The translations under genes and the position numbers were made by a program. Positions 38,299-51,700 of a DNA stretch of 64,000 nt are shown here, one piece after another (position 1 is the stretch's first letter; every line of letters starts with the position of its first letter). Source of the stretch: Rhodosorus marinus CCMP1338. Taxonomy: Eukaryota > Plantae > Rhodophyta. The notes beneath the pieces are model-generated. The model saw only the letters and a list, made by a program, of their open reading frames with translations. It ran no database searches and was not told the origin of the DNA. Where the stretch lies: the NCBI GenBank assembly GCA_029953675.1, contig JAMWBK010000004.1, forward strand, positions 2,232,001-2,296,000. Direction: 5' to 3'.

Positions 38299-39291
38299 CT
38301 ATTTGCTAATTCCCTGTTTTCCTCCCGCCCCTGTTAATAGATCAATATTCTTATGTTCAGTTGTCTCAGCTCCTTCATCCTCCATTGCGCCATTCGCCAA
38401 TTTTGTTACATTATATAGCACCGCCACAGTCGCAAGTCCTCCGATCGCCAGCAGCGCATAATTCGGACTTCCACTCCCTCCTGCCACGTTGCTTAATTCC
38501 CCCGCTGCAGCTCCCCCGTACACGTACGCAATAGTTCCAGGCAGCATACCAAGCCAAGAGCCCAGGATATACGGGGCGAACCGAAGCGAGGTCAACCCAT
38601 ACAAATAGTTGCTCAATGCAAACGGTAACAGTGGTGATAGTCGCAACAGTAACGTGTACTTGAAACCCTCCTTGGAAACTGCTTTGTCAATTGCCCTGAA
38701 CTTGGCATTGTTTGCAGCCAGCCGACCAAACACGTCTCGCAGAGCATACCGGGAGATGATGAACGACAAGCCAGCAGCCGCTGTGGATGATAGAGAGACA
38801 ATCGCTGTTCCTTTGACAGGTCCAAATAGATATCCACATCCAACAGTCAGTGGCAGAGCTGGTACTGCGAAAATTTCTAACAGAGTGTACATCAGCCCGT
38901 ACGCAATTGAACCGGCTGGCCCGAGAGAAAGGACCCAGTCAGAAAATACCCTCACGAAATCCATTGTCCTCCCCCCTAACATTGAGCCCGCTAATATTCC
39001 TCCCCCAACAATAACTCCGGTTGTCACCAGCCCCAGGATCTGTTGAGAACTTAATGCCGCGCGACCGTTTGCTTCCTCCTGCACAGTACAAGAAACAACG
39101 TTCCTCCTCTGGTTCCAGGCTGGAACGCTTCCATGGACTCTAACTCCTTGCCCTCGAGCAATCCTCGGAGAAATTGACGATCGAGACACCCTGCCCCTAG
39201 CGAGCCAAGCACCAGACTGTACAAACCCCAATCCCGACGTCGCACGTTCACACCCAGGCGGCGACTGCGAGAAGCACCCTTCACCCCTCAT
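38299..39291 (-). CDS. TVP38/TMEM64 (VTT/SNARE-associated) membrane protein, probably plastid-targeted
   Basis: VPALPLTVGCGYLFG, F.ISRY and LLLRLSPLLPFALSNYLYGLT...GSWLGMLPGT. Ser/Arg-rich N-terminal extension. Confidence 0.9.
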   Translation of the reverse strand: MRGEGCFSQSPPGCERATSGLGFVQSGAWLARGRVSRSSISPRIARGQGVRVHGSVPAWNQRRNVVSCTVQEEANGRAALSSQQILGLVTTGVIVGGGILAGSMLGGRTMDFVRVFSDWVLSLGPAGSIAYGLMYTLLEIFAVPALPLTVGCGYLFGPVKGTAIVSLSSTAAAGLSFIISRYALRDVFGRLAANNAKFRAIDKAVSKEGFKYTLLLRLSPLLPFALSNYLYGLTSLRFAPYILGSWLGMLPGTIAYVYGGAAAGELSNVAGGSGSPNYALLAIGGLATVAVLYNVTKLANGAMEDEGAETTEHKNIDLLTGAGGKQGISK

Positions 39292-41959
39292 TTCGTTCAA
39301 TACCACTTAGCTACCTCCGACACCTGCCCATCCCATAAAAACCCAGCACCCCGCTCAACCAAATCCGGCACCAAAAGATCGCCAACTCAAACACAACAAA
39401 ACTCTATTCCAGTTCTCTTCTCTAAAAACTTCGTTGCAGTACCAGATCCCTCCCAACCCTCACCCACTCTCTACCCAACCACAAGTCCACTCACCCTAGC
39501 TCTCCGTCTACCTCTTTACGTCTGTAGCAAGCCGCGTGCACACATGCATATATGTAGTACCCTCGTGCTCCAATATCATAAGCTTCCGAGTACCCCCCTC
39601 GCCACCCCCAATCAAACAAAAATACGTTTGCGCAATAAAATTTCAAAGCAATGGGGGTGTCCTCCCCTTTTTCTGCTTTCCTTCACACCCTACGAGCGAT
39701 ACCGAAGTAAAAATTGAGACTCCCGTCCGTTTTTTTTTTGCCAAAATAACCAATGTTCCTTATGGAAACGTGTATTCCGGTACGCTATCTGGGCCAAACC
39801 GTATGAGTTCGACCAACTCATCTCCCAATCTCATGTTCGTGGCCATATACTTTCCTGCGTGAAAATTTCTGAAACTCAATACTCTAAAACCTCGAATCGG
39901 AAAGGCCCCGCTTGCGCCTCTGTGGGGGCGTCATAATTGATAGGAAGAAGCAAAACGGAATAACCATCATTTCTTTACCAAAACAAGAAAAAAGGATAAA
40001 AAATATCAACGGGATAAATAGAATAAACGAATAAAATATACCGGTTTGATAAGAAAGTAACAGATAAACATAATATCTATCGAATCAGAGGAGGACGCCA
40101 AGGGGCCAATTACCTCACGCTCCTGAACCTATGATCATTTCCTCATTTTATCACTTTTCTTAGAACCCCCCCTCTGGAATTTTCCATCCGGCTTGGTTTT
40201 GGAGGAAAAGTTTTATTCCCCTTCAGCTCATAGTTCGTATGAGGCAGAATATTGAATAGTAGAATATTATGCTTAATATTCACTGGTGCTGCGGAAACTT
40301 TCAGGGGGGGGGGGGGAAAGATCGGGATTGTCTTCGTGAAAGGAAGATCTTGATTGCAACGGCAGGGACTGAGAATCGTGCTGGGTGATACCACATCGAT
40401 TGATTTGTGAGTAAGCGAATCATTTAATAACGCGTGTCATTTAGCAAGCTCCTGGTGTTCTTGACCGTCCGCGTGCGGCTGCCCTGGACGGAATTGATTG
40501 CTAAATATGCTCTAAAGTGTGGATGTATCTTGTTTAGATTTTTTTAGGGGGGGGGGGAGGTGCGAGTGCGGGACGGAAGAATCTAGTTCGGTATTCAGCT
40601 TCGGCTTCTATGGATCAGAAATTGGAAGACGGCTGGTTCGTTCGTGCGCGTGAGTGACTTTCTCGCGGGTGATGGAAGGAGGGGATAGAATCTGTCATAC
40701 CCCATGATTTATTGATTTAGTATATGCTGGTAGGAGGCGTTGCTTAGTGAGAAGTTGCACGGGCGCACCACTTGGCATTACAGAGTTGGTACTCAGACAA
40801 CCGATTGACGTTTGGTTGACAAGCAAGGGATGTGCCGGGTCTCTGCACCATGAGCAATCTTAAAGTGGTGGATGGAAAAGCCTGATTGGCGTTTGGTTCA
40901 AGAGGGCAAGATATGTCGAATATCTGCTCCGTGAACAACTGGGTTCCAGCTTTACCGTGTGCATCCGGGCTTCGTGTCAACAGCCTTCTAGATCAAATGT
41001 CAAATGGATAAGCCGCTGAGATACGATTACTGCATTTCTATGCCTACTTGCAGAAGGAGCACTAGTAGGAGTGCTGTATGATACTACCCGTTTACATGGT
41101 ACAGGTGATAAGCTGATAATCACCACTGCAGGAACGTTCTCGTGAATCTTCGATGTGCCTGTGTGCAACCCGGAAATTGGATTACACCGCATCCGTTTAG
41201 AGTCCGCTTGGAGTCCGTTCGTAGTTGGTGGTTTGGTATAGTTCCAGTACATTCCTTTGCTGGCAGGTATTCCGCTTGTTGCAAACCTTCAACGAAGGTA
41301 AGAAGCGGGTTATGCTATTGTGAATTCCAAACCCGATTCAGGGTCTCCCTCGAGATCCATGTTCCCAGATTTAGCGGGCGAGGCTACTGCAGGGACAGTT
41401 TCGCAGATCCTCGCTCAGAGATTGGCCAGTTAATCAGTACCACTTAGGCTGCAACCGGATCTCTTCTTCGTGCAACCCTGCCCGGTGAGTCAGCCAATTC
41501 GAGGCAAGAGCAGTGGTCGAGAGGTGGACATTCACGACGTGGAAGTCAACTCGCATCGATGATGTGCCAATTAGCTCCCCCGCTTTTGGAATGAAGCGAG
41601 GAAAACCCGCACATATCATTTTCGATACTAGTGCATGGCTGGCGAAGATAACAGACTTAAATGCAGGGTGGCCCTCAGGAAGTCGACGGTTCACCGCGCG
41701 GTTATAACCCAATAAGGGATTTGAATTGTTATTGTAAGACCCCAGAGTCGGAAAGGAAGAACGGGAGCAATCCACGTCTATCTTCTGAGCTTTGGTATTA
41801 CGGAGGCAATTGGTCATGAAAGTGCAGGAGGATTCTTCCGTGCATCCGGATCTCCGAGCGTTCTTGGTTCAGAACGAACGTCATCCCCTAGTCTCCGGAG
41901 CAAGTACAATGTGAATCAACAACCGCGTTACTGCTGAACAGAGGGACCTGCTCGCCTGG

Positions 41960-42218
41960 ACTCGAGCAAGACCGGCATGAATCACTGGATTGATGCGAGC
42001 TCGGCGGAAAATGTTGTGCCATCTTGACCAAGTCCCAATGGGTCCCCTAGTCCTCCGTATCTGCTACAAGGAGCTCCTCCAGGGGGTGCAATCGCGAACC
42101 AAAAGTCTGTACGAACATGTTGGCCGGACTTGATCCCCTGAATGCAAGCCGCAATCCGGTTTCTCGTTTGCTCACTTTGGGAATTCAGTGCTGCTATCGG
42201 AAGAAGGGCACCGATCCT
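41960..42218. pseudogene. Rearranged fragments of a paralogue of the class-3 lipase gene at 43900-46525
   Basis: 41960-42159 (minus strand) aligns to 45757-45955, about 73/90 identities in the core by hand. 42156-42218 (plus strand) aligns to 46232-46300, 48/53 in the core. Indels are present. Confidence 0.85.
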
Positions 42219-42697
42219 GCGGCAGGCTATAAAAAGTGCACGAGCACAGGATGCTTTTATCCACAGTCATAAAGTCTTCTTGAACCCTCCATAGGTGCTG
42301 CAGGACCCGCCCCTCATATGGCAATCCGGCATTAACTCGCTCCCTAAAATCCGAAATAGAAATAGTTGTACCCACCCAGCAATCAATACAGTAATCTAAA
42401 ATATACCAAAAAAGCAGTTCATCAAAAATACTTGCCAAAGAAAACCAAAAAAAGGACTGTTTGGAACATTTGCTTATACGCCACCAGTAACCAAATCACT
42501 CTCCAAACGATATGCCTTGAAATCTTTAAAATCCCAGGTGAATTCCCTACTTACCGTTTCCAAGTCCATTTGACGGGGTGTACCCTCCAGCTACACAGCC
42601 CGAAGAAATCCTATGATGGCACACAGAGTGTGTTGCTGTATTTGATGATACAATCAAGTTCGTTTTTGTTTTTGTTGGGTATCGTACGATAGCGAGC

Positions 42698-42730
42698 TTA
42701 GTACACGGATTAGTACACAGATTAGTACAC
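42698..42730. repeat. 12-bp minisatellite, about 3 copies
   Basis: ttagtacacgga ttagtacacaga ttagtacac. Confidence 0.8.
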
Positions 42731-43899
42731 ACGATGAAGCCTGACCAACCCCCCCCCCCCCTTATATTCAGTGTTTGTCATGGCTCTCCATCCGACCCTG
42801 TTTTCTGATGAAAATAGACGAGAAAGGACCCATCGAAAATGTACCTTCACAAATGAGGGAAAAAATAGACTTTTCTCACGTTTCCCCTCTCACCCAACCA
42901 ACAGACACAGACTCAATTTTTTATTCTAATATTCATTCTTATTAAACCAATCAAGTACGAGAATATACTAAGTATGATAGAACTAGTTTTGGAAGGATTG
43001 GTAGATTAGCGATCATCCCCCCTTAAGATTCAACAAATAACAACTTATTTTTTGTTTTTAGGTACTTTAATATTGATTATCTACGGTCCGACAGTCCGTT
43101 ATCCAAAGGGGTGGAAAACACTGAATGAATTTATATTGATTTTTCAATGTATTTTGAATAATAGAGGCATTATGTCTTTAATTGTTTGTTTTAGAGATGA
43201 ATATCCAGTATATAAATTTTAATGAGTCTAATTTTTTTTTAAGGAAGTCTTGGTAAAGCGCTTTTGCAAACAGGAAGCGCATCTTGTTTGGTTTTGTTTT
43301 TGCAATTGTTTCGGAAGGAGTCAGTTGTTAGGAAAAAAGGATATTGCACTCGAATGCCGTTGGGAAGGGGGGGGTTTGGCTTGGCCGCAGTTTTGGGGTG
43401 GGGTGGGGGGGTTTCTCTGGAGGAAGAGGCAGAGAACCGATTTGGCGTCAACAGGCTAGCGAAGTTCAGCAAATAGAAAAACCGTCGAAACTCGTTGTTT
43501 TTCTTTGGCGGTTCTTTTTACCACTTGGTAGGTTACCATCCTGCTCCTGTTTTTGTTTTTGTTCTGCCTTCGCGTCTTGTGGCTCTCGAGGGGAAGGGTT
43601 GGGAGAGGGAGTGAGTGGGTAGGGCCCATTTCTGTTTTCTATCCGTTGTGCTCGGGGAGGAGGAAGAGAGGTGGAGGAAGAGAGGAACCTCTAACACAAA
43701 TTGTTCTTTTGAGCGGTGGTAGCTCTGGTGAAGGACTTCTTGGGTTTCGTCTAGTTTGTCAAGTGAGGGAGGGTCGGGTCGGATTGGTGAGCTATGGTCC
43801 CAGTTCGGGTACTAGTTCTGTCTGGGCCTTCAAAGAGGACTTGGGATTTATGGAGGTAGACGATTTATTGGAGGATGTCGGAGTAACAGAGTAGACAAC

Positions 43900-46525
43900 A
43901 TGTCTGAATTTGGGCTACATGCAGACGTCGCGGAGGACCCGGAGATGGTCGTCCTGAAAGAGGGCGAGTCGTTCCCGGACCGACGTTGGCCTAGAAATTT
44001 GGACGATGAGTTGAATCTCCTCGGAGAAGCAAGTTTGCATCAAGCAGACACTCTTCATGGGAGCTATTCGCTCTCATTCCCTGAGGAGCAGGTAAACTCC
44101 GTGCAAACGATTGTGGCTGAGCCAAAGCTGAAGATAGAGACCCTTCATTCTGTGGAGTTAACTAGAGCAACGATAAGCTTCGTCTGCTCTGCTATTTTCA
44201 CGATCCTATATAACATCGTGTTTATAGTGCTGGCGAACACCGCGTTCGGGGAAACCTTGATGCTCGGGGCAATTGAGTATACTGTCGTGCAAGAACCGTA
44301 CTGGTTTTTTCTCGTCGAATTCATCATACAAATAATCATGAGCGCTCTCCTCTTGGCTTCGACACTGGTGTTTTCTTTGGCCATTTTCACTACGACGAGG
44401 GAGAAGAGGACCCGCGAAATGTTCTTCGTGATTGTGCTCGGGTTTTCCGTGACTCTTATCTTTTTTCCATTTATGGAAATTCCGTTTCAGCTGGTGTTCA
44501 TCTACATAGACGAGGATCAAGTGGGACTTTACCACGCGCTTCTGCACGTGGCCGCTGTATTGGTTGGAATGGTGGCCACGTTTGGGATATACTTTCATTT
44601 GTGGTCCACAACGATTTCATACAGAACACTGGGAGAGCAAAGTTTTCCTTTGAGCTACTATCTGAAAATGGGGTTTCTTTGCTTTACCATTCTGCTGCGC
44701 CTCATGGCATCAATATTCGCGAGAGTTGATTTCAACTGGGCTCCTTTTACTTCACTTGCTATCTCAATCGGCAAGTTCAGCGTAGAAGGGGTGGGTTTGG
44801 GGCCCAGTCAGCTCGCCCTAGTGATATTTAACAGCGTCGTTGAGTTCTTACTCTTGGTACTTATCTGGGCGGATATGAGGAAAACTCGCGAGTTTGTATT
44901 TTCCTTGGACTATTTGAAATTCCGTTCGACTCAGATTGGGTTTAGGTATGTGACTTGCTCAACCTTCTCTTGATATGACCTTTCTGTGGCATGATATCAC
45001 CTTTCTGTGGCATGATATCACAGATCCTTAAGACTGCGGCATAGATTTATGCCACGGTTAGGGACCTTAGTGCTGACCAACCGATTTTGCCGTTGTTGAA
45101 TGTAGGCAGTTGCAGTACTATTCAACGATAACTATGATCATTACAGTGGTGTCCTCAGTTATTGTTACATTGTGCAGCCCCGACGATAATATTCTGCTTG
45201 TCTCAAAGTACATCGGGGAACTGTTCTTCGAGCCAACATCAGGACGCCTCACTTATATATTTGTTATTGCTGCCTTTACTCTGCAGCAGCTGTATTACAT
45301 GCTGCCGGCTAGCGAGGCGAGCCTAGTGGATCTGATTTTTTTTTGCTGGCGGAGGAGAGCGAAGGAAGTGGTTAGTGGACGCCATATGAGGAACCAGCAG
45401 TTGGCGTTGTAAAACTGAATAACCTTTTCCTGCCTTTTGTTTAGAACTCGGACACCTTGTTCCGATATAGGGTCCTGGAACGATTCGAAGACCCAGGCTT
45501 TAAGCCTACAAGCTTCGTTTTGGAAACGTGCATATCGTTGTTCAACCTTTCTTGGATCACGTACTCCTACGGGGAGACTAATAAGCGACTACGCGATCCA
45601 CGGGTAAGTAGACCTTCGTTCCTACGGTGGTCTGTGATATCCGGACGCTAACTGAGATTTCACGACGTAGGAGTTCGGCAATACCCAATGTTCTGTTTCT
45701 AAGTACGCCGCAGGAAGTGCGACGGATACGCACGCGCTTGTGTACGATGCGCCAGACCGGATTATTGTTGCTTTCAAAGGAACCACGTCCGGCCAGAACG
45801 TTCGTACAGATTTTAATTCGCGATTGCTTCCCCTGGAGAAGTTCCTTGGAGCAGAGACGGATGACTTGAGGACGCGTTGGGGTTTGTCAAGATTTCGGAG
45901 CAATTTCCGCCGATTTGGCAACCGTCCAATGGTTCACGCCGGTTTTGCGCGGGCCTATGAGGACGTAAGGCTTGAAATCAACGAGGAGGTTGATCGTCTC
46001 TACGCGATGCGGCCGAGGCCGATCTTCTTCACCGGACATTCGCTTGGTGGGGCCCTTGCCAGCTTGTGTGCACTGGACGCGCAAGCGCGACTGCAATCGC
46101 CTGGTGGAGTATATGTTTTCACATTTGGCAGCCCGAAAGTTGGGAACCACGCGTTTGCCAAGGTTTTCAACGAGAAAGTCCCATGCTGTTGGCGGGTAGT
46201 CCTTGCCAAGGACCCAATCACCAGGCTTCCGCCGGGTTTCTCGTTTGCTCACATTGGCAATTCAGCGCTGATAACGGAAGAAGGGCACCTGTTTATAGAT
46301 CCTACGCTGTTTGAACTCGCGTGGATGCACTCCGGGTTCTTCAGATTTAATCTGCGACACCATCGCAAAAGCGGATACGCTAGCGCTCTCGAGGAGTTTA
46401 TCGCGAAAAGACATGGGTCCAAGATGGGAAATCGCTTACAAATATGGAACAGGACATTAGTCACGTCATCCCAGACGACAACAGTAACGTCCAGGGCCGA
46501 ATTCGCCACAATGACTACTTACTAA
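43900..46525 (+). CDS. Multi-pass membrane protein with C-terminal class-3 lipase domain, multi-exon
   Basis: Several hydrophobic segments in 43900-45412, then IIVAFKGT, VHAGF, FFTGHSLGGALA (GxSxG), FGSPKVGN, DPITRLP and a downstream His. Confidence 0.9.
44978..45021. repeat. Perfect 21-bp tandem duplication inside a lipase intron
   Basis: acctttctgtggcatgatatc occurs twice in tandem. Confidence 0.9.
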
Positions 46526-46764
46526 CCGCGGGTTATCTCAACTTTTGTACAGTGTCGATAATTTTCTTAAAACGAACAAGTCAGTTTCTGTTGAAAGAGC
46601 CCCGGACCCGATACTTCTGACAGTGGATCACGAAGCATCTCGCAGGTTGTTGACTTTCGTATTCGCGAGCGCTTCGTACTAGCGCCCCCTCGACCCTGAC
46701 CTGTACCACAGTTGAGGAGACCATCCAGTCAAGTTGGGGCTTTTTCAAAGTTAGCTCAATGGAT

Positions 46765-47185
46765 TCTGTAGCGAGTTTGGAAATGCCATTCCACCATTGT
46801 TCCAGGCGCGGGCACATGCTTTCTCAGAGGCTCATAGAAAACAATAGGGACCAAATACACCCGTCATAAGTATGAATTTGAGCTTGCCCAGCACGCGGCA
46901 GAGCGTCCGCAACTGCACAACGCGTCTGGACGGATAGATTTCTGACGGCCAGTTTGGCAAGGCCATTCCACCATTGTACCATCGGCGGACACATGCTTGC
47001 TCTTGAGGCTATAGAACATCGCGCGGCAGAACGTACGAATGGGACCTCGCCTTTAGACCGATCAATTCTGCCAGCGAGTTTGGGAAGGCCATTCCACCAT
47101 TGTTCCAACTGCGGAGACACATGGATACTCAGAGGCTCATAGAGAACAATAGGGCTCAAATTCACGCGTCCTAAGTATGAATTTT
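46765..47185 (-). repeat. Three diverged copies of a coding-like unit (cores 177 and 126 bp apart) encoding LEQWWNGLxKLA
   Basis: gccattccaccattgt at 46785, 46962 and 47088. The upstream block tcatactta...cctattgtt.tctatgagcctctgag is shared by the outer copies. Confidence 0.8.
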
Positions 47186-49002
47186 GGGGTTGGTCAGCGC
47201 ACGGCTGCGCTCTGTGGTTGGCAGGGTTGTGTTGTATACAGCACATTCTAATCACTGTGATGACCGTGTCGGGGAGTTAAGGTGACTTTTCGACTGCGGA
47301 CATCAACGCCAAGAGCGCTGACACTGCCTAGCTCAGAATAGGCCCTCGAGGGAGAGGTGCCTTGAAGCAAGCGGAAAAGCATTGCGTTGTTTTTTTCTCC
47401 CACGCACACAGACGCAAGCGAAGCCTAAAATCTGGGGTCACCCCACGTTATCCCCGCAGCCTCAGTTGCTCCACAAAGGTTTACCATCTCCGTACTTTAC
47501 CCATCCAACCGCGATTTGCATTTCTCATCCCCTTCGTCGCCGCATCCCCCAATACAGATCCATTCCGTTCACCCAAACCAGCATCGACCAAACCAGCACT
47601 TGGGGCGATCCTACCCCAAAAATAACAATAAAACAAACAAAAGCAACTAGAATGCCACTCAAAGAGCCCCCCTTCCAAAACAACAAATTGCATTACTTTT
47701 TCGTTTCCAATAGGATATTCCTACTTCTACACGCCACACAAACCCCCCCCCAAAATTGTTTTCATTTTCTCATAATATTTTCGTTTAGCTCGTAAGCAGG
47801 TCACATTTTACCTCCGTGGAGTGCTCCAGTCCATCTAAGCCCCTTTTTTTCAAAGAATCAACAAAACTGCGTCAACTGTCAGGCGGAGAGTGCCAGCAAC
47901 GTCGCGTAAGTGGCCATGATCTCTGAGACTTTATTTCATAAAACAAAAAATCCAACGAAAGATCGATATAGGGGGTTTTGCTTCAGGTTTTTTAAACCAA
48001 TGAAATACTCTGAGTGTGTAGACCTGTCCCCAAAATCGCCTATGGGAGTCTACTAACGCAACTTTCCGGATTGTTCGAGTTATTTGTTAGTATTGTGGAA
48101 GTAGTATATCGTGCGTTCATTGGACGTTCCGACTCATACCGATTCCATTATCCAATTATACTACATAGAGTTTTACTCTTTCCCTTTTTTTCCACTGGTG
48201 GGTGCGTCCCGGATGTGCTGACCCGCTCTTGCTCCTCCCACCCCATGCGTCTATTCCATCTGAAGCAAACTAAGATTTAAATTAAGTAAAACCTAATCGA
48301 CTATTTACCTTTTTACACACACTAATAAGGGGGGTTAAGTGAACTCTAACTGTTTCGCACAGAGAAACAACAATCCTAAAAAAAAAAAAATTCACACGAA
48401 TAAACCCCTAGGGTTAAGGTGTTTTAAATGCACAAGAAAATCGTCCCTCCGGGCTTGTTTTGAAGGATTAGAGTATTGAATGTTAGTCCTGTACGGGGGG
48501 GAAGGGAGAAGTTGGTGGAGATTGGGTTTACGATAGTCTGGAGTTACATGGAATTTTTTTTGGTTGTTTTATAGAATGGGTTGTAATGATGGGTTCTTGG
48601 GTGGAGAAGAAAAGGGAGGCGGGCTAGTTCACAAGGAATTTTACAAAAAGGTATATTGAGCAGTTGTCCTATAGATGGGTATAGTAGGTACAAAAGTATC
48701 GGGGAGGGGGGAGGTGTGAGGCAGGTGTGAGGCAGGTGTGTAATGGATAAGCTGGAGAAGGGGGTTATTTCTGTGAAGGTTTTGAGTAGTGTAGAATCTC
48801 GGTATCTTGTGAGTACAAAAATAGTCGATGAAACTGTTCTTCCCAGGTTGTCTTGGAGAGGGGGCGGACGGGGGGGGGGGGGGGGAAGGGTTTGTAGTAG
48901 GTATTGCGGTGGAGATGTTCTAGTGGGATTGTCTTTTGTATTGCTTTTTTGATTGTGTGTTTGGTTTTTTGGAGGTGTGTGGTGACGGAGCTTAATTTTA
49001 TC

Positions 49003-49698
49003 ATGATGCCGGATGCTGAGGTGGAGAAAGTTGCGCGGTTTCCGAGGCTTAAGAGAATTAGGTGGAAACAAGGGTTCGTGTCTCCACGAGCTTGCAGTGA
49101 AACTCCGGATCCGCCTTTGAAAGTGTTGAAAGCAAAGGCGGATGGCAGATGTATGTTCAGGAGCATGGCAAAGGGTTTGGGCTATATTGCCGGACAGGAT
49201 CTTGGGGAGGACCTGGAAAGGACCAGTGCCGATGCTCTTAGAGAAGCTTCTTACCAGGTATGAAGAGAGACCAGCCTAGGCCACAGAAAGTATCTAGTTA
49301 GCCCTCTTCGTTTCTTGTAGACCCCCTCAAAATTATGAGAAGCGCCGGTGCCTGACTTGTACTTCGATATTTTATCGCAGATAATTTGCGTCAAGAAACG
49401 TGCGTGGTGGCAGAAAATGGGTTTTGTGGAAGGAGACATCGATACGTACTGTAAATCAATGAGGTCTCCTGACTTTTATGGTGGAGAACCGGAGTTGTTT
49501 GTGCTCAGTGAGACCGTCCTGAAGAGACCTGTCGCTGTCTACATGCATGGCGCGGGTGACACCTATTCGAAGCTACTTGAGTATGGGAGCGGTTTCCGAC
49601 GCCCCAACAAGCAACCGCTTCGACTTTTGTACAACGGAGTCAATCACTATGACTGCCTTGTACCCATTGGCGAGTCAACTGATCGTAGCGTAGAGTAA
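49003..49698 (+). CDS. OTU-domain deubiquitinase, two exons (start uncertain)
   Basis: DGRCMFRS catalytic Cys, YGGEPELFVLS and LLYNGVNHYD catalytic His. Intron CAG/GTATGA...TCGCAG. Confidence 0.85.
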
Positions 49699-51700
49699 CT
49701 AATTAGGAGAACCCAACATGAACCTTGTAACTAGTGAGTTTTCATTTTTTTCGGAGAGAACTTACCAGAAGCAAAAGAATTCGTTCAACCGTGACTCACA
49801 CGCTCGTACAATGTGCGCTCTGACGAGGAGATATCAGGCGTATAAATTATCTTCGGTGATTCTCGGCCTGGTAACGGAGAAGCTACGGGTGGAGCTATTG
49901 CCCCATACTAAGCAGCTCACGCGAACAAAGGTTACTTTCAACTGGGCGGCTCACTCCGAATGTCTCTCAACCATCGGTGACGAAACTCACCAGTGAGCAA
50001 GAGCTCCCAGCCGAGCCTGTGGTTCAGACATGTTAGAAAAATTGGCTCTCGCACTAGATGCGCGCACATAGTTTGCAGAAGTTGAGGACTGTCGTCCAAT
50101 TGCTGGACACGCGAGACACGCATTAGGCTAACTGATTCGACGGTCGTGATGGAGTGTGGACAGCACGCGAAGGCGAGTAGGTCTAGATTCGAGGCAGTCC
50201 ATCTGTGGACTTCGAGGGTGAAGCCCTAAGAACGCTAGATTGCCCGTTCCTTCCTCAATTTCCTCCTCACAGACGCCCGTTGCTAGTGTTGGGGGTTGAT
50301 CCCGCAAATTCTGCTAGTAGTCAACAGTCCCGACGTGTTTAGGTTTCAGCATGTAGGGTGTTGAACATGCATTTTTTTTATAAGTCCGCTCCTTAAGCAT
50401 TCCTAGCTCTAGTTGTGTTATCTCACCAATATTCTGGGTCAGCGACGTCGCCTAGTTTCGTTGGCGTCGTTGACGAACTGCGGATGATAGCTGCTTCCGT
50501 TCCTGGCCGCGGGTTACCACCTGTCAATTCGTTCTGCCGTTTTTCTATTTTATCATGCACCAGAGTGATAGTGCTAATTTTTGGAGCTAGACTAAGAACA
50601 TTGGGAGTCTGTTCCTGTACGCTCAAAAGGAAAACTACTTAACCTAGGAAGGTGTTTTTCCTCCGTTTCGGGGGTCTCGCAAAAAACCTTTGCTTTCCTT
50701 CAGTTTTTGGTCAAGTTGAAATACCCATCGCAGATACATGTAGTATCGAGTCTCTACGTCTTGTTGGGCCCCTTCTGCGACGTTCATTTGTAGGTATCAA
50801 GGCTCCTTCGTATTCACAGCTGAAAGGTGAAATGAAGGACCTGCCACAACCCCAGTGCTACTACTTTGAACATGTTGGTGATTGCAACTGAGGCAAATGC
50901 GAGAGGAAGCCTCGCATTGTCGCTTTTTCATAATACCAACTGATTCCCTCTGTAGTACTAAATCATCTTAGGTTCGATAGTGACTGCTAGGTCATTAGTC
51001 CTGTTCCATACGAGTTCGTCATCCGGACACATGCACATACTGTGGCTGAAGCAAGTTTCATCCAAAATGCGCATAATCAAAAAAAAGGAATAGAAAACAA
51101 CGAAAAAAATTGTTCTGGATCAACCACGAGTCACAGCCGCCAATTCAGATTCATTTCTTCGGAAGAAATTTCGATTGATTCTCAAGCATTCCAAATATTT
51201 ATTTCATTATTGACAAAAGCACTCCGAGAATAACAAGTCTTATAAAACAAATTAGATTACCTCGCAATACGAGATGTTTCTTGTATATGATTGGATGAAT
51301 AGATTATGTATTTTGAGTATTTTATTGAATAGAGTACTTTTCTTTCATTATTGGTAATATGGACGTAGTTCATATTAAGTTTTTATGAAGATATTTCGAT
51401 TAGCTTGTCAAATAGAGACTTTTTGTTTGATTTTATTGGTAAACGTCGAGCTCGTGGGATTAAGCAGGTTTTTTTGTAGGGAGCGGGACGATGGATGGAA
51501 CAGGTGAAACGGATGGACTCTGGTTATGTTTCTAGGAGTGAAAAGCGGCGGTGGACGAAATGAGTTTGGATCATACATAGGAAGAAGAGGGAGAGAGGGT
51601 GCCGTGGTATTGTGTCTTGTAGCGGATTCTTGTTTTGTTCTTGACATATTTTTTCTTTGTGTTCAGGGACGGGGCGGGAGTGGTTTTTAGGTTTCCTGAG

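Noticed and set aside
21135-39046. Long antisense ORFs overlapping HMGR, BCS1, TVP38 and other genes
   Set aside because: These are the expected shadow ORFs of GC-balanced coding sequence.
48743-48952. Upstream ORF as the OTU N-terminus via a homopolymer frameshift
   Set aside because: The OTU frame has a TAG at 48898-48900, after the G-run, so a G-count error alone would not join them.
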